This document shows, in pieces, positions 30,509-41,176 of a stretch of 64,000 nucleotides of DNA. The stretch's first letter is position 1. Every line of letters starts with the position of its first letter. Under the pieces are notes generated by a model that did not search any database, was not told the DNA's origin, and saw only the letters and a program-made list of their open reading frames with translations. This stretch comes from a virus. Lineage: Duplodnaviria; Caudoviricetes. The DNA is taken from IMG/VR virus record IMGVR_UViG_3300042922_001473; one strand, 5' to 3'. Made by a program: the position numbers and the translations under genes.

Positions 30509-30802
30509 TTGAATGACGATAATGATTTTTTAAATCATTGGGATGAAGAACGAAAAAAAGGTAAACTTAAATATGTACTAAATGAAAATAAAGTATTTTT
30601 ATTTATAAAATTTCCAATAATTTTAATAACTGCGTTTTTAATTGGAGGTATTGCTCAAATCTATACTGGGTTTACCATTCTTACTTCTAATACTATAATA
30701 AAAACTCTAATTATTAGTTCGCCTACATGGATAACTCCAATATCTTTCACATTGAAAAAATGGAAAAAAAACGAAAAAAGATATATTGAAATAAAACATT
30801 AA
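30509..30802 (+). CDS. two-TM membrane protein
   Basis: W...RKKGK.KYVL, two hydrophobic segments, W..NEKRY. Confidence 0.7.
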   Translation: MNDDNDFLNHWDEERKKGKLKYVLNENKVFLFIKFPIILITAFLIGGIAQIYTGFTILTSNTIIKTLIISSPTWITPISFTLKKWKKNEKRYIEIKH

Positions 30803-30949
30803 AATAGTCTTTAGAAAAATTTCTAAAGACTATTTTTTTTACTTTTATTTAATTTTTTAGTAACTCAATAGCCTTTCCATAAGATATTACTTCTATTTCT
30901 TCGCTATTATTGTTTTATTTTTATCTACATACATGTTTATAATTCCTTT

Positions 30950-31399
30950 CTAATTATAACATGAACCAAGGTTTTTTTGAGGTATTTTTTTTATTTCTTT
31001 ACCATATCTATCAAGAAACTTTATCTCACTACTACCCCAACCATAATGCTCAATATATGACATAAAAACATCATCTAAGCCTGCTTTCATTTCATAACCA
31101 TTAATTCCTCCATAATTATATGAATGCTTTAATATTGTGAACTCACTGTTAGGAGTTACTCCATAAATAATTTTATACATTCTATTATTGCCATAACTCA
31201 AAAATATAAAGTATCCGTCTTGACTTGCTTTTGCAGTTTCAACGTAAAATGTTTCAGCCTTGTAAATATCTGTCATTAACGATAATTCTTTTGATACAGA
31301 CAATAATTCTTTTATATGCTCAGTATAATTTACTTGAATTTGTTTCTTTTCAAACCCTTTAAAAATCTTCTTTACTATTTCAAGTTGGTTTTCGTTCAT
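30950..31399 (-). CDS. hypothetical protein
   Basis: 149 aa, GGGAG RBS. Confidence 0.65.
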   Translation of the reverse strand: MNENQLEIVKKIFKGFEKKQIQVNYTEHIKELLSVSKELSLMTDIYKAETFYVETAKASQDGYFIFLSYGNNRMYKIIYGVTPNSEFTILKHSYNYGGINGYEMKAGLDDVFMSYIEHYGWGSSEIKFLDRYGKEIKKIPQKNLGSCYN

Positions 31400-31516
31400 A
31401 GCTATCTCCCTAAAATTTTATTTTCAACCCTTTAAAAACTAATATATAGGAAATATAGATTTTTTCTATACTTCCTATGAAAAAGCTAATAATTAAATAC
31501 TGTCTTTGCTAATTTT

Positions 31517-32116
31517 TTACTGCTCTATTAATTCATATCCTATTGTGATTGTTACCTCAGTTTGAGGAGAATATATGAAATATTCTGCATATTTTTTATT
31601 GCATAATTTATGCACATATAATTCTTTTTTAAGTATATAAGTATTATCTAAATAATTAAATGATTCCAGTTTTTCTTCTGTACCTTTAACTATCTCAGAA
31701 TTGCAAAATAAATAATTATCAGAATACCCTTTATATTCTTTAAATTCGGAAGTATTTGTTAAAAATTTTTTCCATTCGTAGTAGTCTACGAAATTATATT
31801 TTTTTCTAAATTCTTCTTCCATCTCTTTTATTTTTTTATCAACTGATACATAATCTTTACTATCATCGAAATATATCACATTACCTTTTTTATTAACTAT
31901 TGCAAATTCTATTTCTTCTTTAACTAATGAACTATTTTCCCAATAACCCCGAGAAGGATATACTGTATACCACTCCCCACTCTTAGTATCCCTGTTAAAA
32001 TACTTCTTCATTTCAGGAAATATTTTGTTATCCACAATTCTAAAAACTTCTTGAAAAGTTTCTTGGCATAATCCATAATCTGCATGATGAAATGTTACAT
32101 ATATTTTTGTTGTCAT
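31517..32116 (-). CDS. hypothetical protein
   Basis: 199 aa, AAGGAG RBS. Confidence 0.7.
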   Translation of the reverse strand: MTTKIYVTFHHADYGLCQETFQEVFRIVDNKIFPEMKKYFNRDTKSGEWYTVYPSRGYWENSSLVKEEIEFAIVNKKGNVIYFDDSKDYVSVDKKIKEMEEEFRKKYNFVDYYEWKKFLTNTSEFKEYKGYSDNYLFCNSEIVKGTEEKLESFNYLDNTYILKKELYVHKLCNKKYAEYFIYSPQTEVTITIGYELIEQ

Positions 32117-32138
32117 ATTTTTCTCCTTTTTAATTTAG

Positions 32139-32813
32139 TTACGCACAAACCGACTCAAATTGTTCTTTAATAAATGCTTCATCTAAATCAGTATCTCCTA
32201 AGATATAATCCTTTCCAATATATTCGGCATTAAAACGAAAGAAATTATATATCGTTCCATAAATACTCTCCATATATTTAAGCCAATGCATATGACCTAT
32301 AATACGATTTTTAGTTTTAGATTCATATTCTTTAAATTCTTTTATATTTTCGAAGTAAAATGAACCATACCCATTAATAGCTTCAACCAAAATGCAATCA
32401 AGTATTGATAGTTTACCTGTAAACCTAATTGTATCTTTCACCCAGTCAACAGTTACTTTCAAATCTTTTTCTGTAATATTTTTTAATCCGTTTTCTTCAA
32501 TCTCAGCTCCAAAAAAATCAATTAAATTTTTAAAATCATTTTCAATTTTTGAAGCAAGTTCAGATTCATACCTTTCTAAATATTCAAACATATAAGTATC
32601 TTCATATCTTCTATTCTTAGCTTGTACTATTAATTCCTTCAAAGATTCAATATCTTGTAAAGAAATAACCTTCTTAGCCATCTCAATTTCAGACGTTTCA
32701 ACATTAAAATTAATATAATCCATATAAAAATTTTTACAATCATATACATCTTGTAAATCAATCTTGTAAACATCTTCTAAAAATTCTTTTAAACTCATTG
32801 TTAAATTGTTCAT
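32139..32813 (-). CDS. hypothetical protein
   Basis: 224 aa, AAGGAG RBS. Confidence 0.7.
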   Translation of the reverse strand: MNNLTMSLKEFLEDVYKIDLQDVYDCKNFYMDYINFNVETSEIEMAKKVISLQDIESLKELIVQAKNRRYEDTYMFEYLERYESELASKIENDFKNLIDFFGAEIEENGLKNITEKDLKVTVDWVKDTIRFTGKLSILDCILVEAINGYGSFYFENIKEFKEYESKTKNRIIGHMHWLKYMESIYGTIYNFFRFNAEYIGKDYILGDTDLDEAFIKEQFESVCA

Positions 32814-33085
32814 ATATAACTCCTTTTTAAAATGTTTTATTAAACTCCAAAATATTTAAGTTTCTAAATTATATGCTTTATTAAATTCTTTTATCATTTT
32901 TATAACAAGCTCCACTGATTTCTAAAAAGAAGTTGGCTTGCTATTTTTTTTTTCCAATTACGTTTTATATATCTTTAATTTGCCATGTATTATAAATGTT
33001 TTAAAGTAAATAATAAGTACAAATTAAGAAATTAATTTTAAGCAGGTATCATCTTGCTAATAAAATCATAACGGAGGAAATCAAC

Positions 33086-33313
33086 ATGGCAAATTCTAAC
33101 ACTGGAAACAATAACATAGTAGTACCTGAAGCTAAACAGGCACTTAATCAAATGAAAGCTGAAATAGCTAATGAACTTGGGTTATCTAATTACGAGCAAG
33201 TAGATAAAGGAAACTTAACAGCAAGACAAAATGGTTATGTTGGTGGATACATGACTAAAAGATTAGTTGAAATGGCTCAAAGACAAATGAGTGGGCAAAG
33301 TGGAATGAGATAA
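33086..33313 (+). CDS. alpha/beta-type small acid-soluble spore protein
   Basis: VVPEAKQAL.QMK.EIANELG....DKG.LTARQNG.VGG.MTKRLV..AQ. Confidence 0.95.
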   Translation: MANSNTGNNNIVVPEAKQALNQMKAEIANELGLSNYEQVDKGNLTARQNGYVGGYMTKRLVEMAQRQMSGQSGMR

Positions 33314-33613
33314 TTAGAAATTGAATACATTTTTACTTATAACCAGGGATAAAACTCTGGTTATTTTTGTGTTATAAACAAAATTTATCTATCTATCTAT
33401 AATATAGCAATACATCTTTTTTGTTGACGATATTTTCGATGAAGAAGAATGTATTGTTCTTGAATTTTAATAAAGTAAGAAGTAGGTTAAATCCTGCTTT
33501 TTAATGCTGATTTAAGAATTTTTTAAAGTTATAATCTAATATTTAATCACCTATAATATAAAAACAAATTTTCAAGGAATTTAAATATTAATATATAAAA
33601 CAGGAGGCTTTAC

Positions 33614-33958
33614 ATGGAAAAAACGCTTTATTTAAAATATCACGAGGAATATGAAAATGATTATGAATTCAGTCTTGAACCATTAGAACTTGATGAAGAC
33701 GATGAAGAAGGATATAAAATATTAACTGCAAAGATTGAATTAACGGATAATAAAAAGGTATTTGTTATACAGGATAATGATAGCGATAGATATATCTACG
33801 GTATTTATACATTAAATACAACACAATCTTCTTTGCTTGAAATAATTCAATTAGTTCATAAAGCTGATTATAGGGATGAAGTGCTATATAAAACACTTGA
33901 AATTGTTTTTGGTAAGGACATAAATAAAAATAATGATTACAATATAGTTAAATTTTAA
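33614..33958 (+). CDS. hypothetical protein
   Basis: 114 aa, AGGAGG RBS. Confidence 0.65.
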   Translation: MEKTLYLKYHEEYENDYEFSLEPLELDEDDEEGYKILTAKIELTDNKKVFVIQDNDSDRYIYGIYTLNTTQSSLLEIIQLVHKADYRDEVLYKTLEIVFGKDINKNNDYNIVKF

Positions 33959-33975
33959 AACTTGGAGGAAGCATT

Positions 33976-34257
33976 ATGGCAATTATACAAGTATTAACTC
34001 TTCAAGGGAACACAAATAGAACAGTTTTAAAAGATTATCAAGGTGAAATTTATAAAGGGTATGGAATAGTTCATTGGCTATCGGCAGGAAGGAAATCTTA
34101 CTTTGCTATACATCTTAAAACAGGAAGAATAATTGGCATTTTAAGTGGAGGAACTTCTTCAGACACAATTAAAGGGAAAATAGATTGTGCTAAAAAGCAT
34201 ATCAATCCTTCAATGGAATATGATGAAATAAAAGAAACTTTATCAGAAAAATTATAA
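33976..34257 (+). CDS. hypothetical protein
   Basis: 93 aa, GGAGG RBS. Confidence 0.65.
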   Translation: MAIIQVLTLQGNTNRTVLKDYQGEIYKGYGIVHWLSAGRKSYFAIHLKTGRIIGILSGGTSSDTIKGKIDCAKKHINPSMEYDEIKETLSEKL

Positions 34258-34497
34258 AGCCAGTTAAATTTAAATAGCATTTAATTAAATATTAACTGCT
34301 ATTTTTTTATCACTTTCGAAGGATTAACGTGATTTATATTAAATGAATAATCTATAATATATAAGATTTTGAAAAAGGTTATTAATTTAATAATACTTTA
34401 ACAGGATGAAAAAATGAAAAAAATAATTTATTTATTAAAGGAAACACTTTATAACACTAAGAACCTATAATTACTTTATATTAAAAGGAGAATCAAT

Positions 34498-34722
34498 ATG
34501 ATATTTAGAAAATTTCAAGTAAGAGAATTCTATGGAACTTATTCAGTAATATTTAATCATGACTTACCAAATGACCAGACAATTGTATATGAAAATAACA
34601 AACTGATTAATCTTCCCTACGTTGTTGCTGTTCAAAAAGCAAGAGAAATGGAAGAAGAATTTAAAAATGGCAAATTGAAAGTTGATGTTACAGACAATAG
34701 TGAATGGATTATAATATCTTAA
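34498..34722 (+). CDS. hypothetical protein
   Basis: 74 aa, AAGGAG RBS. Confidence 0.6.
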   Translation: MIFRKFQVREFYGTYSVIFNHDLPNDQTIVYENNKLINLPYVVAVQKAREMEEEFKNGKLKVDVTDNSEWIIIS

Positions 34723-34734
34723 TATGAGGGGAAA

Positions 34735-34992
34735 ATGAAAAACAAAAAGATTGATTTAAAAATTGCAAAAGACGAAGATGGACTATATTACGCAAATATT
34801 TACATTGAAAAGATATGTGTCAAAACTCCAGAATATGAGCATTTTAGGACATTGAAAAAGTTCATTAAGGATAATTATAATATCAAAATATTACCTTTAA
34901 AAGAATTGTCATTTGAAAAATTTGGTGGAACGCTTTATTTAAATATTAAAAATATACCATATATAATAAAACCGAAAAAAATGATACTGTAA
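34735..34992 (+). CDS. hypothetical protein
   Basis: 85 aa, GAGGGG RBS. Confidence 0.6.
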   Translation: MKNKKIDLKIAKDEDGLYYANIYIEKICVKTPEYEHFRTLKKFIKDNYNIKILPLKELSFEKFGGTLYLNIKNIPYIIKPKKMIL

Positions 34993-35197
34993 AACATTAT
35001 TGCTTTAAATTATCTTTTTTAAATGATTATGGAGTATATAGTCTTAATGAAAGTAAAGCAAATATATTAAAAAAATATAACGTTGGCAAAACAATGAATT
35101 TAGGCGACAAATGCGATGGAACTTCAATGGTAAGTGTTGTCAAAGAAATTACTAACATAGATTTTTTAAATTAATGAAAACTAAAAAACGCTCTAAT

Positions 35198-36241
35198 TTA
35201 GAGCGTTTTTTTTATTATTGACAAAATATTATATCCATACTTTTCAACCTTTTTTTGTCCAAATCCTTTTATTTGCAAAAGTTCTTCTTTATTCTTAGGC
35301 TTATATTGTATCAATACATCTAATTCTTCATTATTAAATATGAAATATGGTTTAACGCCCTCTGATTTAGAAGTCTCTAATCTATATTTTTTTAACGATT
35401 CATATAATTCAATGTTTATATTTTTTTCGCTATTTTTAATAATGTTAGCACCTGTATTATTCATATTTTCCAAGAAATCATTACTTGTTAACAAGTATTT
35501 ACTGATATAATCTATCTTTATTGGCTTATTATTTTTTATGAGAAAATTAGCAATCTCATACATATATTTTTCAAGTAAATTTTTATCATTTTTTTCATCA
35601 TTTAACTCTTTTTTTAATAAATTCACTACCTGGTCATACTTGTATATGTTTTTTTGTAACTGTTTTGAAGCTTTTATTTTATTGACTATTGTTTTTGTAT
35701 TTGCCATAATAACTGCAGATTTTACTGGTAAAGTTTTTATTAATTCTTCTTTTGTCAGAACTTCATGTAATATTTTCACATGTCTTTCATTTTGAGTAAT
35801 CGGACTATACATTCCTTCTTTTTTAACAAACTTTCCAGAATTATTTTTTATTATTCTAATAAAATCACCATCTGAGGTTATCTCGATATCTCCACTTAGC
35901 TTTTTTGTTTCCAGTACATATATGAATTTTTTCGTAATTATAATAAAGTCAAACTGTGCTACATAGTCACCATATTCGAGCCTAATATCATGAAGACAAA
36001 TCATTGGTATAAATGAATTTTTTAATTCATAATAAACATTCCCCTCCCCTTCTAACCCATATTTAAGAAAATTAATATCTCTATCAATTAACTCTTTCTT
36101 ATTGGTATGGACTTTATTCGAAAGTTCTATTAAATCATTAAGCTGTTCATTTTCCCTGTGAAACTCTTTTAAAAAAATTGTGTTATCAATTGTCACTTTC
36201 CCATTAATTAACCGATAAAGTGATTTTTCGATTAAAGACAA
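35198..36241 (-). CDS. NERD nuclease-domain plus HRDC-domain protein
   Basis: G.EGE..V..EL, HDIRL, AQFDFIII, LETKK, SP..QN.RH; C-terminal LKKYR.....E...PY.IF....L...P.....L..I.GFG..K..KYG. Confidence 0.88.
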   Translation of the reverse strand: MSLIEKSLYRLINGKVTIDNTIFLKEFHRENEQLNDLIELSNKVHTNKKELIDRDINFLKYGLEGEGNVYYELKNSFIPMICLHDIRLEYGDYVAQFDFIIITKKFIYVLETKKLSGDIEITSDGDFIRIIKNNSGKFVKKEGMYSPITQNERHVKILHEVLTKEELIKTLPVKSAVIMANTKTIVNKIKASKQLQKNIYKYDQVVNLLKKELNDEKNDKNLLEKYMYEIANFLIKNNKPIKIDYISKYLLTSNDFLENMNNTGANIIKNSEKNINIELYESLKKYRLETSKSEGVKPYFIFNNEELDVLIQYKPKNKEELLQIKGFGQKKVEKYGYNILSIIKKTL

Positions 36242-36253
36242 TTAACTCACCCC

Positions 36254-36679
36254 CTATTTAAATTTAATAAACTCCTTTTTTGCAATAGCAACAGTTTGTG
36301 CCATTTGTTTTAATACTACTTCAAGATTACTTGTTTTGCAATATGATTTTAAAAATATAGCCTTTCCGTCTTCTATATGAAATGAAACTCCTATATAATC
36401 TGCTGTTAATTCGTTTGTCTTTTTTAACGTACTAAATAAATCATCTTCTGCTTCTTGAATAGATTTCATTACATATACCTCAACTGTATTGTCTTCATTG
36501 TGAAAGCATATAGCAATATCATATACTGTTTCTCTATCTATTAATTCTCCAAATGATATGATTTTTTGTGTATTATTTTTTGTAATTTTGAAGCCACTTT
36601 CCTTATATCCTTCCTTTTTTGCAAACTCTATGAACTGTTCTAACAACCCAACATTTTTATTAGTATTAAATAACTTCAT
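36254..36679 (-). CDS. hypothetical protein, possibly YbjN-like
   Basis: 141 aa; L...NEL...Y..V.F.I..G pattern. Confidence 0.5.
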   Translation of the reverse strand: MKLFNTNKNVGLLEQFIEFAKKEGYKESGFKITKNNTQKIISFGELIDRETVYDIAICFHNEDNTVEVYVMKSIQEAEDDLFSTLKKTNELTADYIGVSFHIEDGKAIFLKSYCKTSNLEVVLKQMAQTVAIAKKEFIKFK

Positions 36680-36883
36680 TATTTCCTCCTATTATTTCAT
36701 TTTATTTATCGTATGTTATTAAAATTGAAATAATAAAATTTAGTGTTTTATGAATGTTTACACTTAAATTATTAATTCCTCTATTTATTGTTATAAGATT
36801 ATTAGAATATAATAGAATATATAAATTTATAAAAAAGGTGTTTATATAATACAAACAAATATAAAAATGAGAGGATAAAAATT

Positions 36884-37195
36884 ATGAAAGTAAAATATGA
36901 TGGATTTGATTGTGAGGTAGTTTTTAATAAATATTATAACGGAAACAATTATATTGAGTTAAGAGATTCAGAAGACGGGCTTCCTTTATTAGTAGCAAGT
37001 ACAAATCTTGAAGCTCCTATGGATTCCGAAATGGTTTTAATTAAAAATTATGATGGAAATGAGGGCTTAGAAAAAGCATTGTTAGAATCTGGTATTTTGG
37101 ATAAATTCATTGCCTATATTCCAAGTGGTTTTGTTTCAATTCCTATGTACAAACTAAGCGAACAAGCCCTGTTGGAGATTAAGAAAAACAGTTAG
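36884..37195 (+). CDS. DUF4313-like hypothetical protein
   Basis: Y.NG...I.L....DG.P....STNL, NEG....L...GI, SGFV..P.YK. Confidence 0.55.
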   Translation: MKVKYDGFDCEVVFNKYYNGNNYIELRDSEDGLPLLVASTNLEAPMDSEMVLIKNYDGNEGLEKALLESGILDKFIAYIPSGFVSIPMYKLSEQALLEIKKNS

Positions 37196-37240
37196 TAGAA
37201 AATTATAAATTTAAAACTTAGAAAAGTTAGGAGAATTGAA

Positions 37241-37711
37241 ATGGAAATACAATTTATCGAAAAAGAAAAATATATAGCACCATATGGAATATCAAGCGAA
37301 GGAGAATATACTCCTGTATTTATGATTAAAGACAAAAAGGAATTTTTTATTGGTAATATAGTAAAACAAATTGGTAATTATAATGGGTATGATGAAAAAA
37401 ATTATCAAAGGCGTATAGAGGAAATAGAAAAAATAAAAAAAACACTGTTAGAAAATAACGGAGCATACTTTAAACAACATGGTAAGTATGAGAATCCTTT
37501 TGATTTATTAAAATGGATAATTAAAAATAATTATACTTTTATAAAACCTAATAGCGAATTATTTAGAGAGTGTAAAGGGTTTATTGATTTTCATGGAAAT
37601 TTAAAAGAATATTCGTCTTCTTTTATGTATAGAATTTATGACGAAATATTTTTAGATAAATTAAAAAATGAAATAGATAAACTTAATACAAAATTGCAAG
37701 TTGAGGTATAA
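37241..37711 (+). CDS. hypothetical protein
   Basis: 156 aa; DFHGNL.EYS..F.YRIYD. Confidence 0.7.
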   Translation: MEIQFIEKEKYIAPYGISSEGEYTPVFMIKDKKEFFIGNIVKQIGNYNGYDEKNYQRRIEEIEKIKKTLLENNGAYFKQHGKYENPFDLLKWIIKNNYTFIKPNSELFRECKGFIDFHGNLKEYSSSFMYRIYDEIFLDKLKNEIDKLNTKLQVEV

Positions 37712-37716
37712 ACATT

Positions 37717-37980
37717 ATGAAAAATTATGAAGCAAATTTATATGATATGAATAACAGGAAAGTTCATTATGTCACGTTAGCAGATAATAATACTATTATA
37801 AAACTCTGTGACAACAATGTTACTGACATTAAATATCATACGCCTTGTGGTGAAGGAGATAGACATTTTGTTGATATTTACTATTCTGACGGAACTGCTA
37901 TGAGGTTATTTAATATTGAACATATTGCATTTTGTGTTCAGGAAGTTGAAAAGAAAAAAGAAACCGATATTCCATTTTAA
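37717..37980 (+). CDS. hypothetical protein
   Basis: 87 aa; I.YH.P.GEGD.HFVD...DG...R.FN. Confidence 0.65.
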   Translation: MKNYEANLYDMNNRKVHYVTLADNNTIIKLCDNNVTDIKYHTPCGEGDRHFVDIYYSDGTAMRLFNIEHIAFCVQEVEKKKETDIPF

Positions 37981-38055
37981 TTATAAAAAGAGAATCAAAA
38001 TATAGCGAAAAACAAAAGAGAGAATTAAAGAATTCTCTCTTTTGTTTTTCATTTT

Positions 38056-40116
38056 TTATAAAATTTTTTGCACTCTTTCAATAGCTTCTATATCACAATC
38101 CATTAATGTCCCCGTAAGATATAAAAAATCCACCCATTCATCGCTTTTAATTGGAGTTAATATATCATCCTTACAATTTATATCTCTATTTCTATCAGAT
38201 GTTTTTATCAGCTTATTAAACCCGTACATAGTTAAATAATCTTTACATCTTTTATCTAATTCATATTCCTTTAAATGTAAATCACTATTACCTGTCATTA
38301 TTCTTCCATGATGCTGTAATAACATATTAAACTGTATTAAATCAACATAAGGTTTTAATACTTGTGCTGAAATTACCGAATGCTTTCTATTCTCAAACAT
38401 TCTGGGATTACCCTTTCTATAAGGAAAATGAGCTAATAAGAATGTTTTTGCGTTTGCCCAAAACTTACCCTGCCATAATACGTCTAATTTTCCAAGGTCA
38501 TGTAAACCTGCAATATTTGAAATCTCTAAAGCATTATTTACTGTATAATCAGAAAAGTTGTCAGCAATTAGTTTCTCATACATTATTTGCTTCACATTAA
38601 ATGAATGAAGTATCCATGCCTCTTCCTTATAATCTTTAAACACCCTTTTACTTTTAACGATATTACTTATAGGAAACTCAATGCATTTACTTCCTGGTTC
38701 TAATCTAAAACCCGTATTGTCATAATAACAATCATACCCTTTTATTATGATGGTACTCCCTATGTCCACTTTATCACATTGTACTTCTTCAATGTTGTTT
38801 AGTTTGTAACGATATAGAGTATTTGTTTTACTTAATTTTTCTAAGTCTGTTAAACTAACTGATACAGTTTGTCTATTGAAGCTACTGACAGCAGGGTTAT
38901 AATCAACAACGATGTTTACATTTTTAATATCCCTGATAAGTTCTTTTTTATTTCCATTTCTTAACTTGTTTTTATGTTTATTTATTTCTCTGTCCGTAAC
39001 ATATTTTTCATAATAAGGATTTAATATTTCATTAATCCATTTCTTTTGGATATCCCATGAGAAATTTATCCCTTGATTAAAAACTATTTTCTTTATTGTT
39101 TCCATTACAACATCTTTATCATAAACACCTTGATAAGCACCTAAATAGCAAATAATCTCTCCTTCTCCACCCCACCTTACAACTCTACCGTCTCTTTGAA
39201 TAAGAGAATCTATAGAGCTTATAGACGAGTACATTCTTGAAGTAGAAATATCCATTCCTGCCTCTATTACCTGAGTTGAAATTAAGATTTTATTGTTTTC
39301 TTTAGAACCTTTGCCAAAGTATTTAATGGTTTTTTTCTCTGCTTTAAACCTATCATCTAAAAGAAGCTTACTATTTAATACGATGCACCTTGATTTATCT
39401 TTAATTTGAAGATAAACTTCAAACAATTCTTTTATGGTATTGCATATAATGATTTGCTTTTTATCGTAATCATTAATCTTCTTAAAATCAAGTTCTTTTT
39501 CATATGTTATTTTGACTTTTCTATTAGCAACTGAAGGTCTATCTGTTATAATAACTTCCATATCATATCTATTTTTTAAAAAATTAATAAGATATTCTGG
39601 CATTGTAGCTGTCATTATAATAAATCTATTTTTCCTGTTTTTTAATGCATCAAGCATTAGTAATGTAGTATTTAATGTTATAGCAGGGTCAAAAAGCTGA
39701 ATTTCATCAAATATCATATTTGATTTAACAACATTTTTTCCCTTTCTAAATGATTGCACACCTAATCCTAAATATCCAGAAAGTACCTGGTCAATTGTTG
39801 TAACAGTATAATCGTTTTGAAGAGTGGTATCTTCTTGTATTGAAGAATGATTTAGTTTATAAGGCTTTTTATTTAATATCTCATTATAACCATCAAGTCT
39901 ATCACAAATAGTCGTAGCAAGTGTTTTTTGAGGAAGAACATATATATGCCTTCCTCCCCATTTATTTGCAATATAATAACTTCCTTCGGTCTTCCCTGAG
40001 CCAGTTGAACTTAACACAAGTAAGTTCTTATCTAAGGGAACTTTTGATAATTTTTCCTGCACTTCTGTCAATTCAACTTTATTTGTCTTAAACAATGTCT
40101 TTAAAAAATCCTGCAT
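38056..40116 (-). CDS. cas3: Cas3 helicase-nuclease with C-terminal HD domain
   Basis: STGSGKT, TTIDQ, FDEIQ, MTAT, STQVIEAGMDIS, QRDGR; C-terminal LHS..V, LHDLGK, KHS, HHG, MDCD. Confidence 0.92.
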   Translation of the reverse strand: MQDFLKTLFKTNKVELTEVQEKLSKVPLDKNLLVLSSTGSGKTEGSYYIANKWGGRHIYVLPQKTLATTICDRLDGYNEILNKKPYKLNHSSIQEDTTLQNDYTVTTIDQVLSGYLGLGVQSFRKGKNVVKSNMIFDEIQLFDPAITLNTTLLMLDALKNRKNRFIIMTATMPEYLINFLKNRYDMEVIITDRPSVANRKVKITYEKELDFKKINDYDKKQIIICNTIKELFEVYLQIKDKSRCIVLNSKLLLDDRFKAEKKTIKYFGKGSKENNKILISTQVIEAGMDISTSRMYSSISSIDSLIQRDGRVVRWGGEGEIICYLGAYQGVYDKDVVMETIKKIVFNQGINFSWDIQKKWINEILNPYYEKYVTDREINKHKNKLRNGNKKELIRDIKNVNIVVDYNPAVSSFNRQTVSVSLTDLEKLSKTNTLYRYKLNNIEEVQCDKVDIGSTIIIKGYDCYYDNTGFRLEPGSKCIEFPISNIVKSKRVFKDYKEEAWILHSFNVKQIMYEKLIADNFSDYTVNNALEISNIAGLHDLGKLDVLWQGKFWANAKTFLLAHFPYRKGNPRMFENRKHSVISAQVLKPYVDLIQFNMLLQHHGRIMTGNSDLHLKEYELDKRCKDYLTMYGFNKLIKTSDRNRDINCKDDILTPIKSDEWVDFLYLTGTLMDCDIEAIERVQKIL

Positions 40117-40502
40117 TATTTCTGTCCTCTTAACTTTTCTAATAATGTCATATCGTAATCCTTTGTAACAAATTCTACTGTTAATTTATGATTACATGCA
40201 TTACCCAAATATGTATAAATTAACTCCATATCTTTAGAAGTAAATTCAGTATTTAAAAAATTATTAATACCATTCAGCATAAATTCATGAAGCCTATCAT
40301 TTCTCCACTTTTGAGAAAAAGGTTCTGATTTGTATGCAGGTCTTGATAACCACTCAATTACTTTACATTCTAAATCTAAAGGTGTTTTACAATCAGATAT
40401 AACAAGATACTCATTGCTACGTTTATGTGCTATAAACTCACCCTTATTATTCATAAAGCTATCTGGAAATGCTTCTATTAAAGCCTTTATACTATTCTCC
40501 AT
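40116..40502 (-). CDS. phage-type hypothetical protein, translationally coupled to cas3
   Basis: AFP.SF.N...EFI, K..EWLSR, IY..LGN..N..L motif; TAATG overlap with cas3. Confidence 0.7.
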   Translation of the reverse strand: MENSIKALIEAFPDSFMNNKGEFIAHKRSNEYLVISDCKTPLDLECKVIEWLSRPAYKSEPFSQKWRNDRLHEFMLNGINNFLNTEFTSKDMELIYTYLGNACNHKLTVEFVTKDYDMTLLEKLRGQK

Positions 40503-40735
40503 TTTTCTTTCTATCCTTCCTTTATCTTATTTATTAAAAAATTCCTTGTTTTTTCAAAATTAACTTTATATTATACAAATAAATTATATTTTTATTATAT
40601 ATGTAAATGATAATCCTCAATGAAAAAGGCACTTAAAAAAAGCCCCTCTTATACTAAAATTTAGAACTACTTATTAATCATATTTCAATTCTATATATAT
40701 TTTTTATCTTTAGAAGTTTTACATTCTAAAGTAAA

Positions 40736-41164
40736 TTAAAACAATAGTTTGATATGTAACTTATTATCGAGTATTTCTACTGTTAAATTATTTTTATTAG
40801 TGCCGATTGTACCTACATATTTAGTATCAGTGCTTAGAACATTTAATATAATTTGCTTAAATAGTTCTTTATTTTCAGCTCTTTTATTATAGTTTTGCAA
40901 AAAACTTATACAATCTGCTATATTGTCTAAATTTGCATTTTTATTTGCAATAATTTCTCCATAAGTAAATTTTGAAATATTACAATGTTCAATTATTTCT
41001 ATTTCATCATTTAAATTAATATATATATTTATATTATTACTTGTTTTTTCTTCTTTTAAGGTTATATTATCATTTTTATGATTTAATATAAAATCTATAG
41101 TTATCTTTTGACAATTAAGCATAAAATAAAAACCATGATTAACAATAGAATCCAAATTTTTCAT
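40736..41164 (-). CDS. hypothetical protein between cas5 and cas3
   Basis: 142 aa, GGGG RBS 12 nt after the cas5 stop. Confidence 0.6.
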   Translation of the reverse strand: MKNLDSIVNHGFYFMLNCQKITIDFILNHKNDNITLKEEKTSNNINIYINLNDEIEIIEHCNISKFTYGEIIANKNANLDNIADCISFLQNYNKRAENKELFKQIILNVLSTDTKYVGTIGTNKNNLTVEILDNKLHIKLLF

Positions 41165-41176
41165 TATATCTACCCC

